Shown here: piece after piece, positions 38,714 to 49,995 of the stretch
Layout: the number at the start of each line of letters is the position of its first letter
Numbering within the stretch: position 1 is the first letter of the stretch
Assembly: GCA_050485645.1 (NCBI GenBank)
Contig: JBJHBT010000008.1
Location: 71,289-135,288 of the forward strand
Direction: 5' to 3'
DNA: 64,000 nucleotides
Source: Gammaproteobacteria bacterium
GTDB taxonomy: Bacteria; Pseudomonadota; Gammaproteobacteria; Steroidobacterales; Rariloculaceae
The notes under the pieces: model-generated
What the model saw: only the letters and a program-made list of their open reading frames with translations
Told to the model about the DNA's origin: nothing
The model's database searches: none
Program-made: the position numbers and the translations under genes

Positions 38714-39301
38714 ATGAGTCTGCCGATGCCCGAAATCGATGCCGAGGTGCTGGCGCTGGCGCGCGGCGGAGACCGCGCCGCCTGCGAAGCCGTCTACCGG
38801 CTGTTCGCACCGATGGCCTATCGGGTTGCGCGGCGGCTGCTGACGTCCGCGGCCGCCGCCGAGGATGCGCTTCAGGAAGGCTTTGTCGATGTGTTCGGCA
38901 AGCTGGCGTCCTATCGGGGCGAGGCGGGTTTCGGTTTCTGGGTGCGGCGCATTGTCGTCAACCGCTGCCTGATGCAGTTGCGCAGTGCGTGGGAATCACG
39001 GCGCGCACCCGAGGAACCGGTGGAGTCGCTGTTGCCCGCGCCGGTGTCGGCGCTGTCGGCCGATCACGCCATCGATCTGGAGCGTGCGCTGTCGGTGTTG
39101 CCGGCCACCGCGCGTGTCGTGGTTTGGTTGCATGACGTTGAGGGCTATACGCACCGGGAGATCGGCGAGCTGCTTGGCCACACCGCGAGTTTCTCCAAGT
39201 CCCAGCTGGCGCGCGCGCATGAAAAGCTGCGTGCGCTGTTGTCCACGAGTACCGATGAGAGTGAGTCGAAGTCATGTCCTGGCGTACTGAAGACCTGTTG
39301 A
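38714..39301 (+). CDS. ECF (sigma-70 group IV) RNA polymerase sigma factor
   Basis: AAGGAGG SD. Region 2 is FGFWVRRIVVNRCLMQLR. Region 4 HTH is YTHREIGELLGHTASFSKSQLARAHEKLRALL. Confidence 0.9.
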   Translation: MSLPMPEIDAEVLALARGGDRAACEAVYRLFAPMAYRVARRLLTSAAAAEDALQEGFVDVFGKLASYRGEAGFGFWVRRIVVNRCLMQLRSAWESRRAPEEPVESLLPAPVSALSADHAIDLERALSVLPATARVVVWLHDVEGYTHREIGELLGHTASFSKSQLARAHEKLRALLSTSTDESESKSCPGVLKTC

Positions 39302-39930
39302 GTCTGCGCGACGATGAGCCCATGGATGCGGAACTGCGCACGCGTCTGTTGGAGGATCGGGCTGCGTCCGGCGAGCTGGCGAGCCTCAGGAGCATACGCG
39401 AAGCACTGCGTGTGTTGCCGGATCCGGAGCCGCCGCCGCACGTCTGGGCGCGGATCCGCGCCGAGCTCGATGCGATACCGCCCACCCGGCACCCGTGGGC
39501 GGCATGGCGGCACTGGTGCGGCGGCGGCGCAATCGCCGCGTCCGTGGCGCTGGCGGCCCTGTGGCTGCTCGGCGGGCAGCCTGGTGCGCCGGACGACCCG
39601 GGGTTGCCGTCCGCCACCACCGTGTCGACGCAGACCCGCAACGACCGACCCCTGGTACCGGTGAACTATGCGTCGCTGGTGGCCGAGTCCGAGCGACTGG
39701 AGCGAATGCTGGGCCAGCTGCCGGCGCAGCGCAGTCTGATGAATGCATCGACTGCGCAGGCGATTGCCGGACTGGAAGATCGCATCGCCTGGCTGGATCA
39801 GCAGATTACGCTGGCCGCCGCGCGGGGCGTTGCGCCGGAGCAGCGCATGATGCTGTGGGACCAGCGCGTGGAAATGATGAATGCGTTGCTGCATGTGCGC
39901 TATGCGCAGGCGCAGGACGCCGGTTTCTGA
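39274..39930 (+). CDS. Putative single-pass anti-sigma factor
   Basis: Overlaps the sigma gene end by 28 nt (alternative ATG at 39322). One TM helix (WCGGGAIAASVALAALWLLGG), then a helical periplasmic part ending ...YAQAQDAGF. Called from position and topology, not from homology. Confidence 0.6.
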   Translation: MSWRTEDLLSLRDDEPMDAELRTRLLEDRAASGELASLRSIREALRVLPDPEPPPHVWARIRAELDAIPPTRHPWAAWRHWCGGGAIAASVALAALWLLGGQPGAPDDPGLPSATTVSTQTRNDRPLVPVNYASLVAESERLERMLGQLPAQRSLMNASTAQAIAGLEDRIAWLDQQITLAAARGVAPEQRMMLWDQRVEMMNALLHVRYAQAQDAGF

Positions 39931-39943
39931 TCATCCGTGAACG

Positions 39944-40927
39944 ATGGAGAAGACTATGTTGCGGACGGGCAAATACCTGCTGATTCTGATGGTTGGATCG
40001 ATGTCGTTGCCGGCGGCGAACAGCCACGCGCAACGCGAACCCGCCACCGGGGCTGCGGCGGCCGACGAACGGGCGGCCAGGGAATGGATGGCGGAGGAGG
40101 CGCGCGCATCCGAACTGGCCGCGGCTCGGGAGCGGATGGCGGAGGAGGCGCGCGCCATAGCGAGGCTGTCGACACAGGCCACCTCGCCCTGGGCTGAGAT
40201 GGCAAGCCGGTTTGGCTTTGAGTCGCGGGCCGCGCTGGGCATTGTCGTGGAGGATGCGCCGCAGGGCGTTGGCGTCCGCGGAGTGACGCCGGGTGGCCCC
40301 GCGGCGGCTGCCGGGTTGCGGGTTGGGGATGTCGTCATCGCACTCGATGACCAGACGCTGGTCGACCAGGGCGAGGGTGCAGTCGGACACCTGTTGACGC
40401 TGATGGAGGATGTCGAGCCCGGCCAGCGGGTGGTACTGACCGTGCGCCGCAACGGTGATGCGCAGGATCGTGAGCAGCGGATCGAGGTGCAGGTCCAGCC
40501 GGGTGGCTTGATGGCGGGTCGCCGCGGCGGCGCCGGTCCGGTGACCGTCGCACCGTTCGAAAATCTCACCACTTTGCTGGAGCGGGGTGGTGAACGGGCC
40601 GGCAACTGGCTGCGTGGTGGCGGGCTGCTGCCAGGCATGCAGGCACGCTGGCAGGATCTGGAGCTGGTGGCGCTGACGCCGACGCTGGGACAGTACTTCG
40701 GCACCGAGCAGGGACTCCTTGCAGTGCGTGCGCCGGCGGGTAACGAACTCGGACTGCGTGACGGCGACGTGATTCTCGATATCGGCGGCCGTGTGCCGAC
40801 GTCGCCGGAGCATGCGATGCGCATCCTCGCAACCTTTGCGCCGGGCGAGACGCTGCGCGTCGGCATCATGCGCCAACAGCGCCGTCAGACACTGGAGTTC
40901 GAACTGCCGGCCACCGTGCGCCGCTAG
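39944..40927 (+). CDS. Periplasmic tandem-PDZ protein without a protease domain
   Basis: Signal peptide MEKTMLRTGKYLLILMVGSMSLPAANSHA, then an Ala/Glu/Arg coiled segment. Two PDZ-like units follow (GVRGVTPGGPAAAAGLRVGDVVIALDD... and LLAVRAPAGNELGLRDGDVILDIGG...). At 327 aa there is no room for a trypsin-like domain. Confidence 0.75.
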   Translation: MEKTMLRTGKYLLILMVGSMSLPAANSHAQREPATGAAAADERAAREWMAEEARASELAAARERMAEEARAIARLSTQATSPWAEMASRFGFESRAALGIVVEDAPQGVGVRGVTPGGPAAAAGLRVGDVVIALDDQTLVDQGEGAVGHLLTLMEDVEPGQRVVLTVRRNGDAQDREQRIEVQVQPGGLMAGRRGGAGPVTVAPFENLTTLLERGGERAGNWLRGGGLLPGMQARWQDLELVALTPTLGQYFGTEQGLLAVRAPAGNELGLRDGDVILDIGGRVPTSPEHAMRILATFAPGETLRVGIMRQQRRQTLEFELPATVRR

Positions 40928-41063
40928 CGGCCGGTCTGTCACAGCTGTGAGATCGCGTCGGCGAACCCATGCCTGCCACATCACGCGCATGAGATCGGGC
41001 TCATGCAATCGCGCGTGAGATTGCGACTGTGGGATCACGGCGGGGCGCTACAATGTCGCCCCG

Positions 41064-43236
<2,173 letters not shown>

Positions 43237-43275
43237 TGCGGCCTGTTTTCGCTGGTCACAGAGGCTCGTGCGAGC

Positions 43276-43611
43276 ATGGATCTGATTCTCGATTTCTTTG
43301 TCAGCCCCGCATGGGCGCAGAACGGTGCGCAGGGTGGCGCGCTGTCCCCGCTGCTGTTCCTGATCGTCATCTTCGTCGTCTTCTACTTCCTGCTGATTCG
43401 CCCGCAGGCCAAGAAGCAGAAGGAGCACCGCGATATGGTTGCCGCGCTGGCCGAAGGTGATGAAGTCATCACCGGTGGCGGCGTGCTCGGCCGCATCACG
43501 AACGTGGATGAACAGTTCGTGACCGTCGAGGTGGCCAACAACGTTGCGCTCAAGGTGCAGAAGCACTCGATCGCGATGGTGCTGCCCAAGGGAACCTACA
43601 AGAGCGCCTGA
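43276..43611 (+). CDS. yajC: Preprotein translocase subunit YajC
   Basis: FLIVIFVVFYFLLIRPQAKKQKEHRDMVAALAEGDEVITGGGVLGRI, in the typical tgt-yajC-secDF context. Confidence 0.93.
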   Translation: MDLILDFFVSPAWAQNGAQGGALSPLLFLIVIFVVFYFLLIRPQAKKQKEHRDMVAALAEGDEVITGGGVLGRITNVDEQFVTVEVANNVALKVQKHSIAMVLPKGTYKSA

Positions 43612-43616
43612 CACCG

Positions 43617-45494
43617 ATGAACCGTTTCCCGGCGTGGAAAAACTGGCTCGTACTCCTGGTTCTGCTGGCCGGCATCGTGCTCGCGCTGCCGAATGTGTTC
43701 GGTGACGATCCGGCCGTGCACATTGCCCAGCCCGATGGCACGCGGGTGTCATCCGAGCTGCTTGGCGACATCACAGGAATTCTCGAGCGCGAAGGTATTG
43801 CCTTCGAGCGTGCCGACATCGACGGTGCGGCCGCCCTGGTGCGTTTCGAGGACGTCGACGATCAGCTGCGCGGCAATGCCGCGCTGCGTGCCGGCCTTCC
43901 CGACTACACCATTGCACTGACTCTCGCGCCGCGCATGCCCCCCTGGGCGCAGGCGCTGGGACTGCGACCGATGAGTCTGGGTCTGGATCTGCGTGGCGGT
44001 GTGCATTTTCTGTTTCAGGTGGCGCTGGACGATGCCATCGCGCAGTTTCTGTCGTCCTACGAAACCGATCTGCGCAATGCATTCCGTGATGCGGACGTGC
44101 GTGCGCGGCCTGAAGTCCGTGGTCGCGCGATCGACGTCGAGCTGCTGCGAGCCGAGGACGCCGACCGTGCCGAGCGCATCATTCGTGGCCTGGATGACGA
44201 ACTGGTCTCGCAGCGAGTAACGATTGACGGCTCGCCCGGATTTCGCCTCACACTGTCCGACAACCTGCTGCGCGAGCGGCAGGATTTCGCGATCCAGCAG
44301 AATACGATCACGCTGCGTAATCGGGTCAATGAGCTGGGCGTCGCCGAGCCTGTGGTACAGCGCCAGGGCCTCGACAGAATTCTGGTGCAGCTGCCTGGCG
44401 TGCAGGATCCCGCGCAGGCCGAGCGCGTGCTGGGCTCCACGGCAACACTGCAGTTTCGGCTGGTCGACATGCAGAACGATCCCTTCGACGCCGACCGCCG
44501 CGGCCGCGCGCCGGTGGGTTCGGAACTCTTCCAGGATCGCGATGGCATGCCGGTGCTGCTGCGCCGCGACATCATCGTCACCGGCGATCAGCTGATCGAT
44601 GCCAGCTCCGGCTACGTCGAGGGACGTCCCGCGGTGACCGTGCGTATCAACTCGCAGGGTGGCCGGCGCATGCTCGAGACCACACAGCGCAACCTCAATC
44701 GCAACATTGCCGTGTTGTTCATCGAAGAGAAACTTGATCTGGTGGAACGCAACGGCGAGCTGGTGCTGGGTGATCCGGTGCGCGAGTCGCGCGTCATTTT
44801 CAACGGTGTGATTCGCGGCGTGTTCTCGACGAATTTCCAGCTCACCGGTCTGACGCCATTCGAATCCCAGGACATTGCACTGCTGCTGCGTGCCGGCGCG
44901 CTGGCCGCGCCCATCGTCAAGGTGGAAGAGCGCACCATCGGCCCCAGCCTCGGGCGTGACAACATCGAGAAGGGGCGGCTGGCGATCATTGCCGGTTTCA
45001 TGCTGGTGGTGGTGTTCATGGGGCTCTACTACCGCGTGTTCGGCATGGTCGCGAATCTCGCGCTGCTGACGAACATCATCCTGATCATCGCCGTGCTGTC
45101 GCTGCTGCAGGCGTCGCTGACACTGCCCGGTATCGCCGGCATCGTGCTGACGGTCGGCATGGCGGTGGACGCCAATGTGCTGATCTTCGAGCGCATCCGC
45201 GAGGAGCTGCGCAATGGCAATTCACCTCAGGCTGCAATACGTGCCGGTTACGACAAGGCGTTCTCGACGATTGCCGATGCGAACGTGACAACGCTGATCG
45301 CGGCGCTGGTGCTGTTCGTGTTTGGTACCGGCCCGATCAAGGGCTTCGCCGTCACGCTGAGCATCGGGATCATGACGTCGATGTTCACCGCGATCGTCGG
45401 TACGCGCGCCGTCATCAATCTCATCTATGGCAACCGTCCGCAGATCAGGCGATTGTCCATCGGAGGCAGGCCGTCAGTTTATGCAGCTGCTTAG
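43617..45494 (+). CDS. secD: Protein translocase subunit SecD
   Basis: 625-aa polytopic protein with a large periplasmic loop. The C-terminal TM bundle motif is GIAGIVLTVGMAVDANVLIFERIREE. Confidence 0.96.
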   Translation: MNRFPAWKNWLVLLVLLAGIVLALPNVFGDDPAVHIAQPDGTRVSSELLGDITGILEREGIAFERADIDGAAALVRFEDVDDQLRGNAALRAGLPDYTIALTLAPRMPPWAQALGLRPMSLGLDLRGGVHFLFQVALDDAIAQFLSSYETDLRNAFRDADVRARPEVRGRAIDVELLRAEDADRAERIIRGLDDELVSQRVTIDGSPGFRLTLSDNLLRERQDFAIQQNTITLRNRVNELGVAEPVVQRQGLDRILVQLPGVQDPAQAERVLGSTATLQFRLVDMQNDPFDADRRGRAPVGSELFQDRDGMPVLLRRDIIVTGDQLIDASSGYVEGRPAVTVRINSQGGRRMLETTQRNLNRNIAVLFIEEKLDLVERNGELVLGDPVRESRVIFNGVIRGVFSTNFQLTGLTPFESQDIALLLRAGALAAPIVKVEERTIGPSLGRDNIEKGRLAIIAGFMLVVVFMGLYYRVFGMVANLALLTNIILIIAVLSLLQASLTLPGIAGIVLTVGMAVDANVLIFERIREELRNGNSPQAAIRAGYDKAFSTIADANVTTLIAALVLFVFGTGPIKGFAVTLSIGIMTSMFTAIVGTRAVINLIYGNRPQIRRLSIGGRPSVYAAA

Positions 45495-46413
45495 CGGTAC
45501 ACCCGATTTCAATTTTATGGGCCGTCGCAGGGCGGCGACCTGGATATCGGCGATCCTGATTGTGGTATCAGTGGTGTCGCTGTTTACCCGCGGGCTGAAC
45601 TTTGGCATCGACTTCACTGGCGGCGTGCTGCTGGAGGTTGGTTATCCGGCCGCGGTAGACCTCGAGGAAGTGCGGGCAACGCTCAGTGAATACGGCTTCA
45701 CGGAGGCGTTGGTGCAGAACTTTGGCAGCGCGTCCGACGTGCTGGTACGCCTGCCGCCCGTGGACGACCCCGAGGAAGGCGCGCCGCTTGGCAATGAGGT
45801 GCTGGCCGCGCTGCGCACGGAGAATCCCGGCGTACAGCTGCGACAGCTTGAGTTCGTCGGCCCGCAGGTGGGTGAGGAGCTCACCGAGCAGGGCGGCCTG
45901 GCCATGCTGTTCGCGCTGATCATGATTTTCGCCTACGTCATGATCCGTTTCCGCTGGAAGTTCGCCGCCGGCGCGATCGCGGCGCTGGTTCACGACGTGA
46001 TCATCACGATCGGCTTTTTCTCGGTTACCGGCCTGAGTTTCGATCTCACCGTGCTTGCCGCGGTGCTCGCCGTGATCGGTTACTCGCTCAACGACACCAT
46101 CGTCGTCTTCGACCGCATCCGCGAGAATTTCCGTCTCGTGCGCCGCGGTACGGCCGAGGAGATCGTGAATACATCCATCAACCAGACGCTCGCACGCACA
46201 TTGATTACCGGCATCACCACATTGCTGGTGCTGCTCGCGTTTCTGTTCCTGGGTGGACCGGCGGTGGAGACGTTCGCGATCGCCCTGATCGCCGGCATCA
46301 TCATCGGCACCTACTCATCCGTCTACACCGCAAGCGCGGCCGCGCTTGCACTCGATGTATCGCCGGCCGACCTGATTCCGGTGAAACGCGAGGACGTCGA
46401 CGAGTTGCCATAG
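45481..46413 (+). CDS. secF: Protein translocase subunit SecF
   Basis: MQLLSGTPDFNFMGRRRAATWISAIL..., GIDFTGG, and IGYSLNDTIVVFDRIREN. ATG 45481 overlaps the secD end by 14 nt. Confidence 0.95.
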   Translation: MQLLSGTPDFNFMGRRRAATWISAILIVVSVVSLFTRGLNFGIDFTGGVLLEVGYPAAVDLEEVRATLSEYGFTEALVQNFGSASDVLVRLPPVDDPEEGAPLGNEVLAALRTENPGVQLRQLEFVGPQVGEELTEQGGLAMLFALIMIFAYVMIRFRWKFAAGAIAALVHDVIITIGFFSVTGLSFDLTVLAAVLAVIGYSLNDTIVVFDRIRENFRLVRRGTAEEIVNTSINQTLARTLITGITTLLVLLAFLFLGGPAVETFAIALIAGIIIGTYSSVYTASAAALALDVSPADLIPVKREDVDELP

Positions 46414-46444
46414 CGTCCGGCCGCAGCGTCGGGAGTGCTTGCCG

Positions 46445-47236
46445 TCAGAGGCCGCGTGCGAGCGGGGCGAACAGGCGTGACAGGGCACCATAGATTTTCG
46501 GGTTGCCGGCAACCACGTTGCCCGTTTCGATATAGCGATCGGTGCCCTGGAAGTCGCTGATGCGGCCGCCGGCCTCGCGCACGATCAGCGCGCCGGCGGC
46601 GATGTCCCACCTGGCAAGGCCCAGCTCCCAGAAGCCATCGACGCGGCCTGCCGCCAGATAGCACAGGTCCAGTGCCGCGGAACCCGGGCGGCGTACGCCG
46701 GCGGTATCGCGCATCACGGCGCGCAGCATGTTCAGGTAGATCTCGGTCTGCTCGTCGCTGAGGCGGTACGGGAAGCCGGTTGCGAGCAGCGCGTCTTTCA
46801 GATGCTGGCGCTTGCTGACGCGAATGCGACGTCCATCCAGCTGCGCGCCTTCGCCGCGGGAAGCCGTGAAGATTTCCTGCCGCATCGGGTCGTAGACCAC
46901 GCCATGGGCCAACTCACCGGCGCGTGCTACGGCGATCGAGACCGAGAAGACCGGGAAACCATGGATGTAGTTGGTCGTGCCATCGAGCGGGTCGATGATC
47001 CACTCGTACTCATGGTCACCCTGGCGGCCGCTTTCCTCACCGAGTATTGCGTGATCCGGATAGTGGTCGCGAATCACCTCGATAATGGCTTCTTCGGCCA
47101 TCACATCCACCTTGGTGACGAATTCGTTGCGCGACTTTTCAGCCACTTCCAGCGATTCAAGCTGGTTGAGCTGACGTATCATCAGCTCGCCCGCGCGTCG
47201 CGCTGCCCGTGTTGCTATGTTGACCATGCCGTGCAT
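46445..47236 (-). CDS. suhB: Inositol monophosphatase family protein SuhB
   Basis: The MHGMVNIATRAARRAGELM... N-terminus parallels E. coli SuhB. Metal-site motifs EESG and WIIDPLDGTTNY. Confidence 0.93.
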   Translation of the reverse strand: MHGMVNIATRAARRAGELMIRQLNQLESLEVAEKSRNEFVTKVDVMAEEAIIEVIRDHYPDHAILGEESGRQGDHEYEWIIDPLDGTTNYIHGFPVFSVSIAVARAGELAHGVVYDPMRQEIFTASRGEGAQLDGRRIRVSKRQHLKDALLATGFPYRLSDEQTEIYLNMLRAVMRDTAGVRRPGSAALDLCYLAAGRVDGFWELGLARWDIAAGALIVREAGGRISDFQGTDRYIETGNVVAGNPKIYGALSRLFAPLARGL

Positions 47237-47287
47237 TTCGGCGTGCAGCGTAGAATAGTCTTCGCTACCTTACAAACTTGACAAGTC

Positions 47288-48058
47288 ATGGAAATACCGG
47301 TTCGAGTCGCGCTGGTCGAAACCTCTCATCCCGGCAACATCGGGGCCTGTGCCCGTGCCATGAAGACAATGGGCCTGACGGACCTTGCGCTGGTGCGGCC
47401 ACGGCAGTTCCCGCATGCCGAGGCCACGGCGATGGCATCGGGTGCCGACGACCTGCTGGCGCGTGCGCGCGTCTGCGACACGCTGGTCGAAGCCGTCGCG
47501 GACTGCACCATGGTGATCGGCACCAGCGCGCGTCCGCGCAGCGTGTCGTGGGGCAACATGACACCACGCGAATGCGCACGCGCCGTGCGTCGGCATACCG
47601 AGCTTGCCGTGGCGCGGGGCGGGTCGCTGCCATGCGCGGCGATCGTGATGGGGCCGGAGAAGACCGGCCTGACCAACGACGATGTTTCGCTCTGCGCTGC
47701 ACTGGTGCAGATACCGGCCAGTCCGATCTACAGTTCCCTGAATCTTGCGATGGCGGTGCAGGTGCTTTCCTACGAACTGCGAGTGGCGTGGCTGGCGGAG
47801 GCGGAGGCGGCTGGTCCGCTGGCACCTGTGGAAGCGGGGCGCGCCCTGCCGGCAACGGCCGCCGAACTCGAGGGACTGCACGAGCATATGGAGAGCGTGC
47901 TCACCGCGGCCGGGTTCCTGCATCCCGATCACCCGCATCAGCTCAGGCTGAAGCTGCGCCGCCTGTTTCACCGTGCGAAGCCCGATCGTGATGAGATCAA
48001 CATTCTGCGCGGCATGCTGGCAGCGCTGGACCCCCGACGACGCGGTAATCAGAGGTGA
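47288..48058 (+). CDS. trmJ: tRNA (cytidine/uridine-2'-O)-methyltransferase TrmJ
   Basis: VRVALVETSHPGNIGACARAMKTMGL SPOUT N-terminus. Divergent from suhB, as in other gammaproteobacteria. Confidence 0.92.
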   Translation: MEIPVRVALVETSHPGNIGACARAMKTMGLTDLALVRPRQFPHAEATAMASGADDLLARARVCDTLVEAVADCTMVIGTSARPRSVSWGNMTPRECARAVRRHTELAVARGGSLPCAAIVMGPEKTGLTNDDVSLCAALVQIPASPIYSSLNLAMAVQVLSYELRVAWLAEAEAAGPLAPVEAGRALPATAAELEGLHEHMESVLTAAGFLHPDHPHQLRLKLRRLFHRAKPDRDEINILRGMLAALDPRRRGNQR

Positions 48059-49239
48059 ATCCGGACGCCACAATCTACCTGGACGCAGCCGCCACCACTG
48101 CGGCTGATCCGCGCGTGATCGAGGCCATGCTGGCGTGTCTGGGCGTGGATGGCGACTATGCGAACCCCGCGTCCGGGCATGCGCCCGGGCGCCGCGCCAG
48201 TGCGTTGGTGGAGCGTGCGCGCGAACAGCTGGCCGCACGTATCGCTGCGGTGAGCGGACAGATCGTGTTTACATCCGGCGCCACGGAAGCGAACAACCTG
48301 GCCTTGAAGGGTGTCTTCGAGCGGGCTTCGCCCGGCGCTCATCTGGTGACAACGCGGATCGAACACGCCTCCGTGCTGGACTGCGCCGGCGCTCTGCGCG
48401 CGCGTGGCGTGCGCGTGACCCTGGTCGACTGCGACGCGCTCGGCCGCGTTGCGCCCGCCGCGATCGAGGCGGCGCTGTGCGACGACACGGCACTGGTGTC
48501 GATGATGCACGTCAACAATGAGACCGGAGTGATTCAGGACATCGGCGCGGTCGCCGACATCTGCCGCCGGCGCGGCATTCTGTTCCATACCGACGCCGCG
48601 CAGAGTGTTGGCAAGCTGCCGCTGGATGTTGTTGCACTGGGTGTGGATCTCGTGTCGCTGAGCGCGCACAAGCTGCACGGTCCGAAAGGGGTGGGCGCCC
48701 TGTATTTACGGGATGGCCTGACCATCGCAAGGCAGCTGCATGGCGGTGAACAGGAGCACGGATTCCGGGCGGGTACGCTGGCCACGCATCAGATCGTCGG
48801 CATGGGCTGTGCCTTCAGCCTGGCCGATCCGGATGCCGACGCGGCGCGGATGCGTGCGCTCGTCGATCGGCTGTGGGCTGGGCTGGCCTGCATCGAGGGC
48901 GCGCAGCTGAATGGCGATCCTCAGGGCAGGGCGCCCCATATCCTGAACGTGGCGTTTGCGGGCGTGGAAGGCGAAAGTCTGCGTCTGGCACTGGCGGATA
49001 TCGCTGTATCCGCCGGGTCGGCGTGCGCGTCGGATACACCCGATGCGTCGCATGTGCTGTCCGGTATGGGCCTTGGGGATGCGCTGGCCGCCAGCTCGCT
49101 GCGGTTCTCGGTGAGCCGAATGACGGGACAGCCTGAGGTCGACCGGGCGGTTGCCCGGGTGCGGGTCGAGGTGGCACGGCTGCGGGCACTGGCCGGGGCG
49201 CATGCGCCCGGTTGGTGCTCAGACCGGCAGATCCGCTAA
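48055..49239 (+). CDS. iscS: Cysteine desulfurase (IscS/NifS-type, group I)
   Basis: PLP-lysine context SLSAHKLHGPKGVGALY, and the catalytic loop SAGSACASDTPDASHVL. GTG 48055 overlaps the trmJ stop (GTGA). Confidence 0.88.
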   Translation: MNPDATIYLDAAATTAADPRVIEAMLACLGVDGDYANPASGHAPGRRASALVERAREQLAARIAAVSGQIVFTSGATEANNLALKGVFERASPGAHLVTTRIEHASVLDCAGALRARGVRVTLVDCDALGRVAPAAIEAALCDDTALVSMMHVNNETGVIQDIGAVADICRRRGILFHTDAAQSVGKLPLDVVALGVDLVSLSAHKLHGPKGVGALYLRDGLTIARQLHGGEQEHGFRAGTLATHQIVGMGCAFSLADPDADAARMRALVDRLWAGLACIEGAQLNGDPQGRAPHILNVAFAGVEGESLRLALADIAVSAGSACASDTPDASHVLSGMGLGDALAASSLRFSVSRMTGQPEVDRAVARVRVEVARLRALAGAHAPGWCSDRQIR

Positions 49240-49247
49240 ACTACTGT

Positions 49248-49625
49248 ATGGATTACAGTGCGGAGGTGCAGCGGCGCTTCGCCACGGCACGCGCGGCTGC
49301 CGGCGACGCTGGCGAGTTGGCCGACGCGGTTCGGGGAGAAGCCGGTGACAGGGCACTGAACGTCTGGGCACGGTTTCTGGTCCAATCCAGCGCGGGTCGT
49401 ATCGACGCCGTCCGCTTCCAGGTTTACGGCTGTCCACATACGGTGGCGGCTGCGGACTGGCTGGCGGAAAGACTGCGGGAACGCCCGGTGGCGGAGCTCG
49501 CGCGATGGGATGTTCACGCGCTGGCCGCCGAGCTTGAGATCCCGCTTGAGAAATTTGGCAGGCTGCTGGTTCTTCAGGATGCACTGGCGGTGTGCCATGC
49601 AGCATGTGTCGGCAGGGAAGGTTGA
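49248..49625 (+). CDS. IscU/NifU-N-like protein lacking two of the three cluster-ligand cysteines
   Basis: Aligns along its length to E. coli IscU (MDYSAEV.. vs MAYSEKV..; RFQVYGCPHTVAAA vs RFKTYGCGSAIASS; ELEIPLEKF vs ELELPPVKI). However ACGD is replaced by ALNV, and IHCS by FGRL. Confidence 0.7.
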   Translation: MDYSAEVQRRFATARAAAGDAGELADAVRGEAGDRALNVWARFLVQSSAGRIDAVRFQVYGCPHTVAAADWLAERLRERPVAELARWDVHALAAELEIPLEKFGRLLVLQDALAVCHAACVGREG

Positions 49626-49628
49626 TTG

Positions 49629-49952
49629 ATGGCAGTGTCATTGACTGCGAGCGCGGCCGAGCGGGTCCGATCCTATATCGGCACGCGCGGGCATGGTATC
49701 GGATTGCGGGTTGGCGTAAAGCGCACCGGGTGCTCCGGCTGGGCGTACACGATCGATTACGCCGATGAAGTGGCACCGGACGACATCGTGTTCGACGAGT
49801 TCGGAGTGAAAGTGGTCGTCGACAGCAGGAGCCTTGACCTGATCGATGGCACGGAAGTGGATTTCGTCAAGGAAGGTCTCAATGAGGCGTTCCGTTTCCG
49901 GAATCCGAACGTCAAGGGAGAGTGCGGTTGCGGGGAAAGTTTCAGCGTCTAG
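49629..49952 (+). CDS. iscA: Iron-sulfur cluster insertion/carrier protein IscA/HesB family
   Basis: GLRVGVKRTGCSGWAY, and the C-terminal GECGCGESFSV signature. Confidence 0.92.
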   Translation: MAVSLTASAAERVRSYIGTRGHGIGLRVGVKRTGCSGWAYTIDYADEVAPDDIVFDEFGVKVVVDSRSLDLIDGTEVDFVKEGLNEAFRFRNPNVKGECGCGESFSV

Positions 49953-49995
49953 CTTCCCGCGGCCGTTTTTATTGTGTTCTGTTTTCAGGTGAGAA

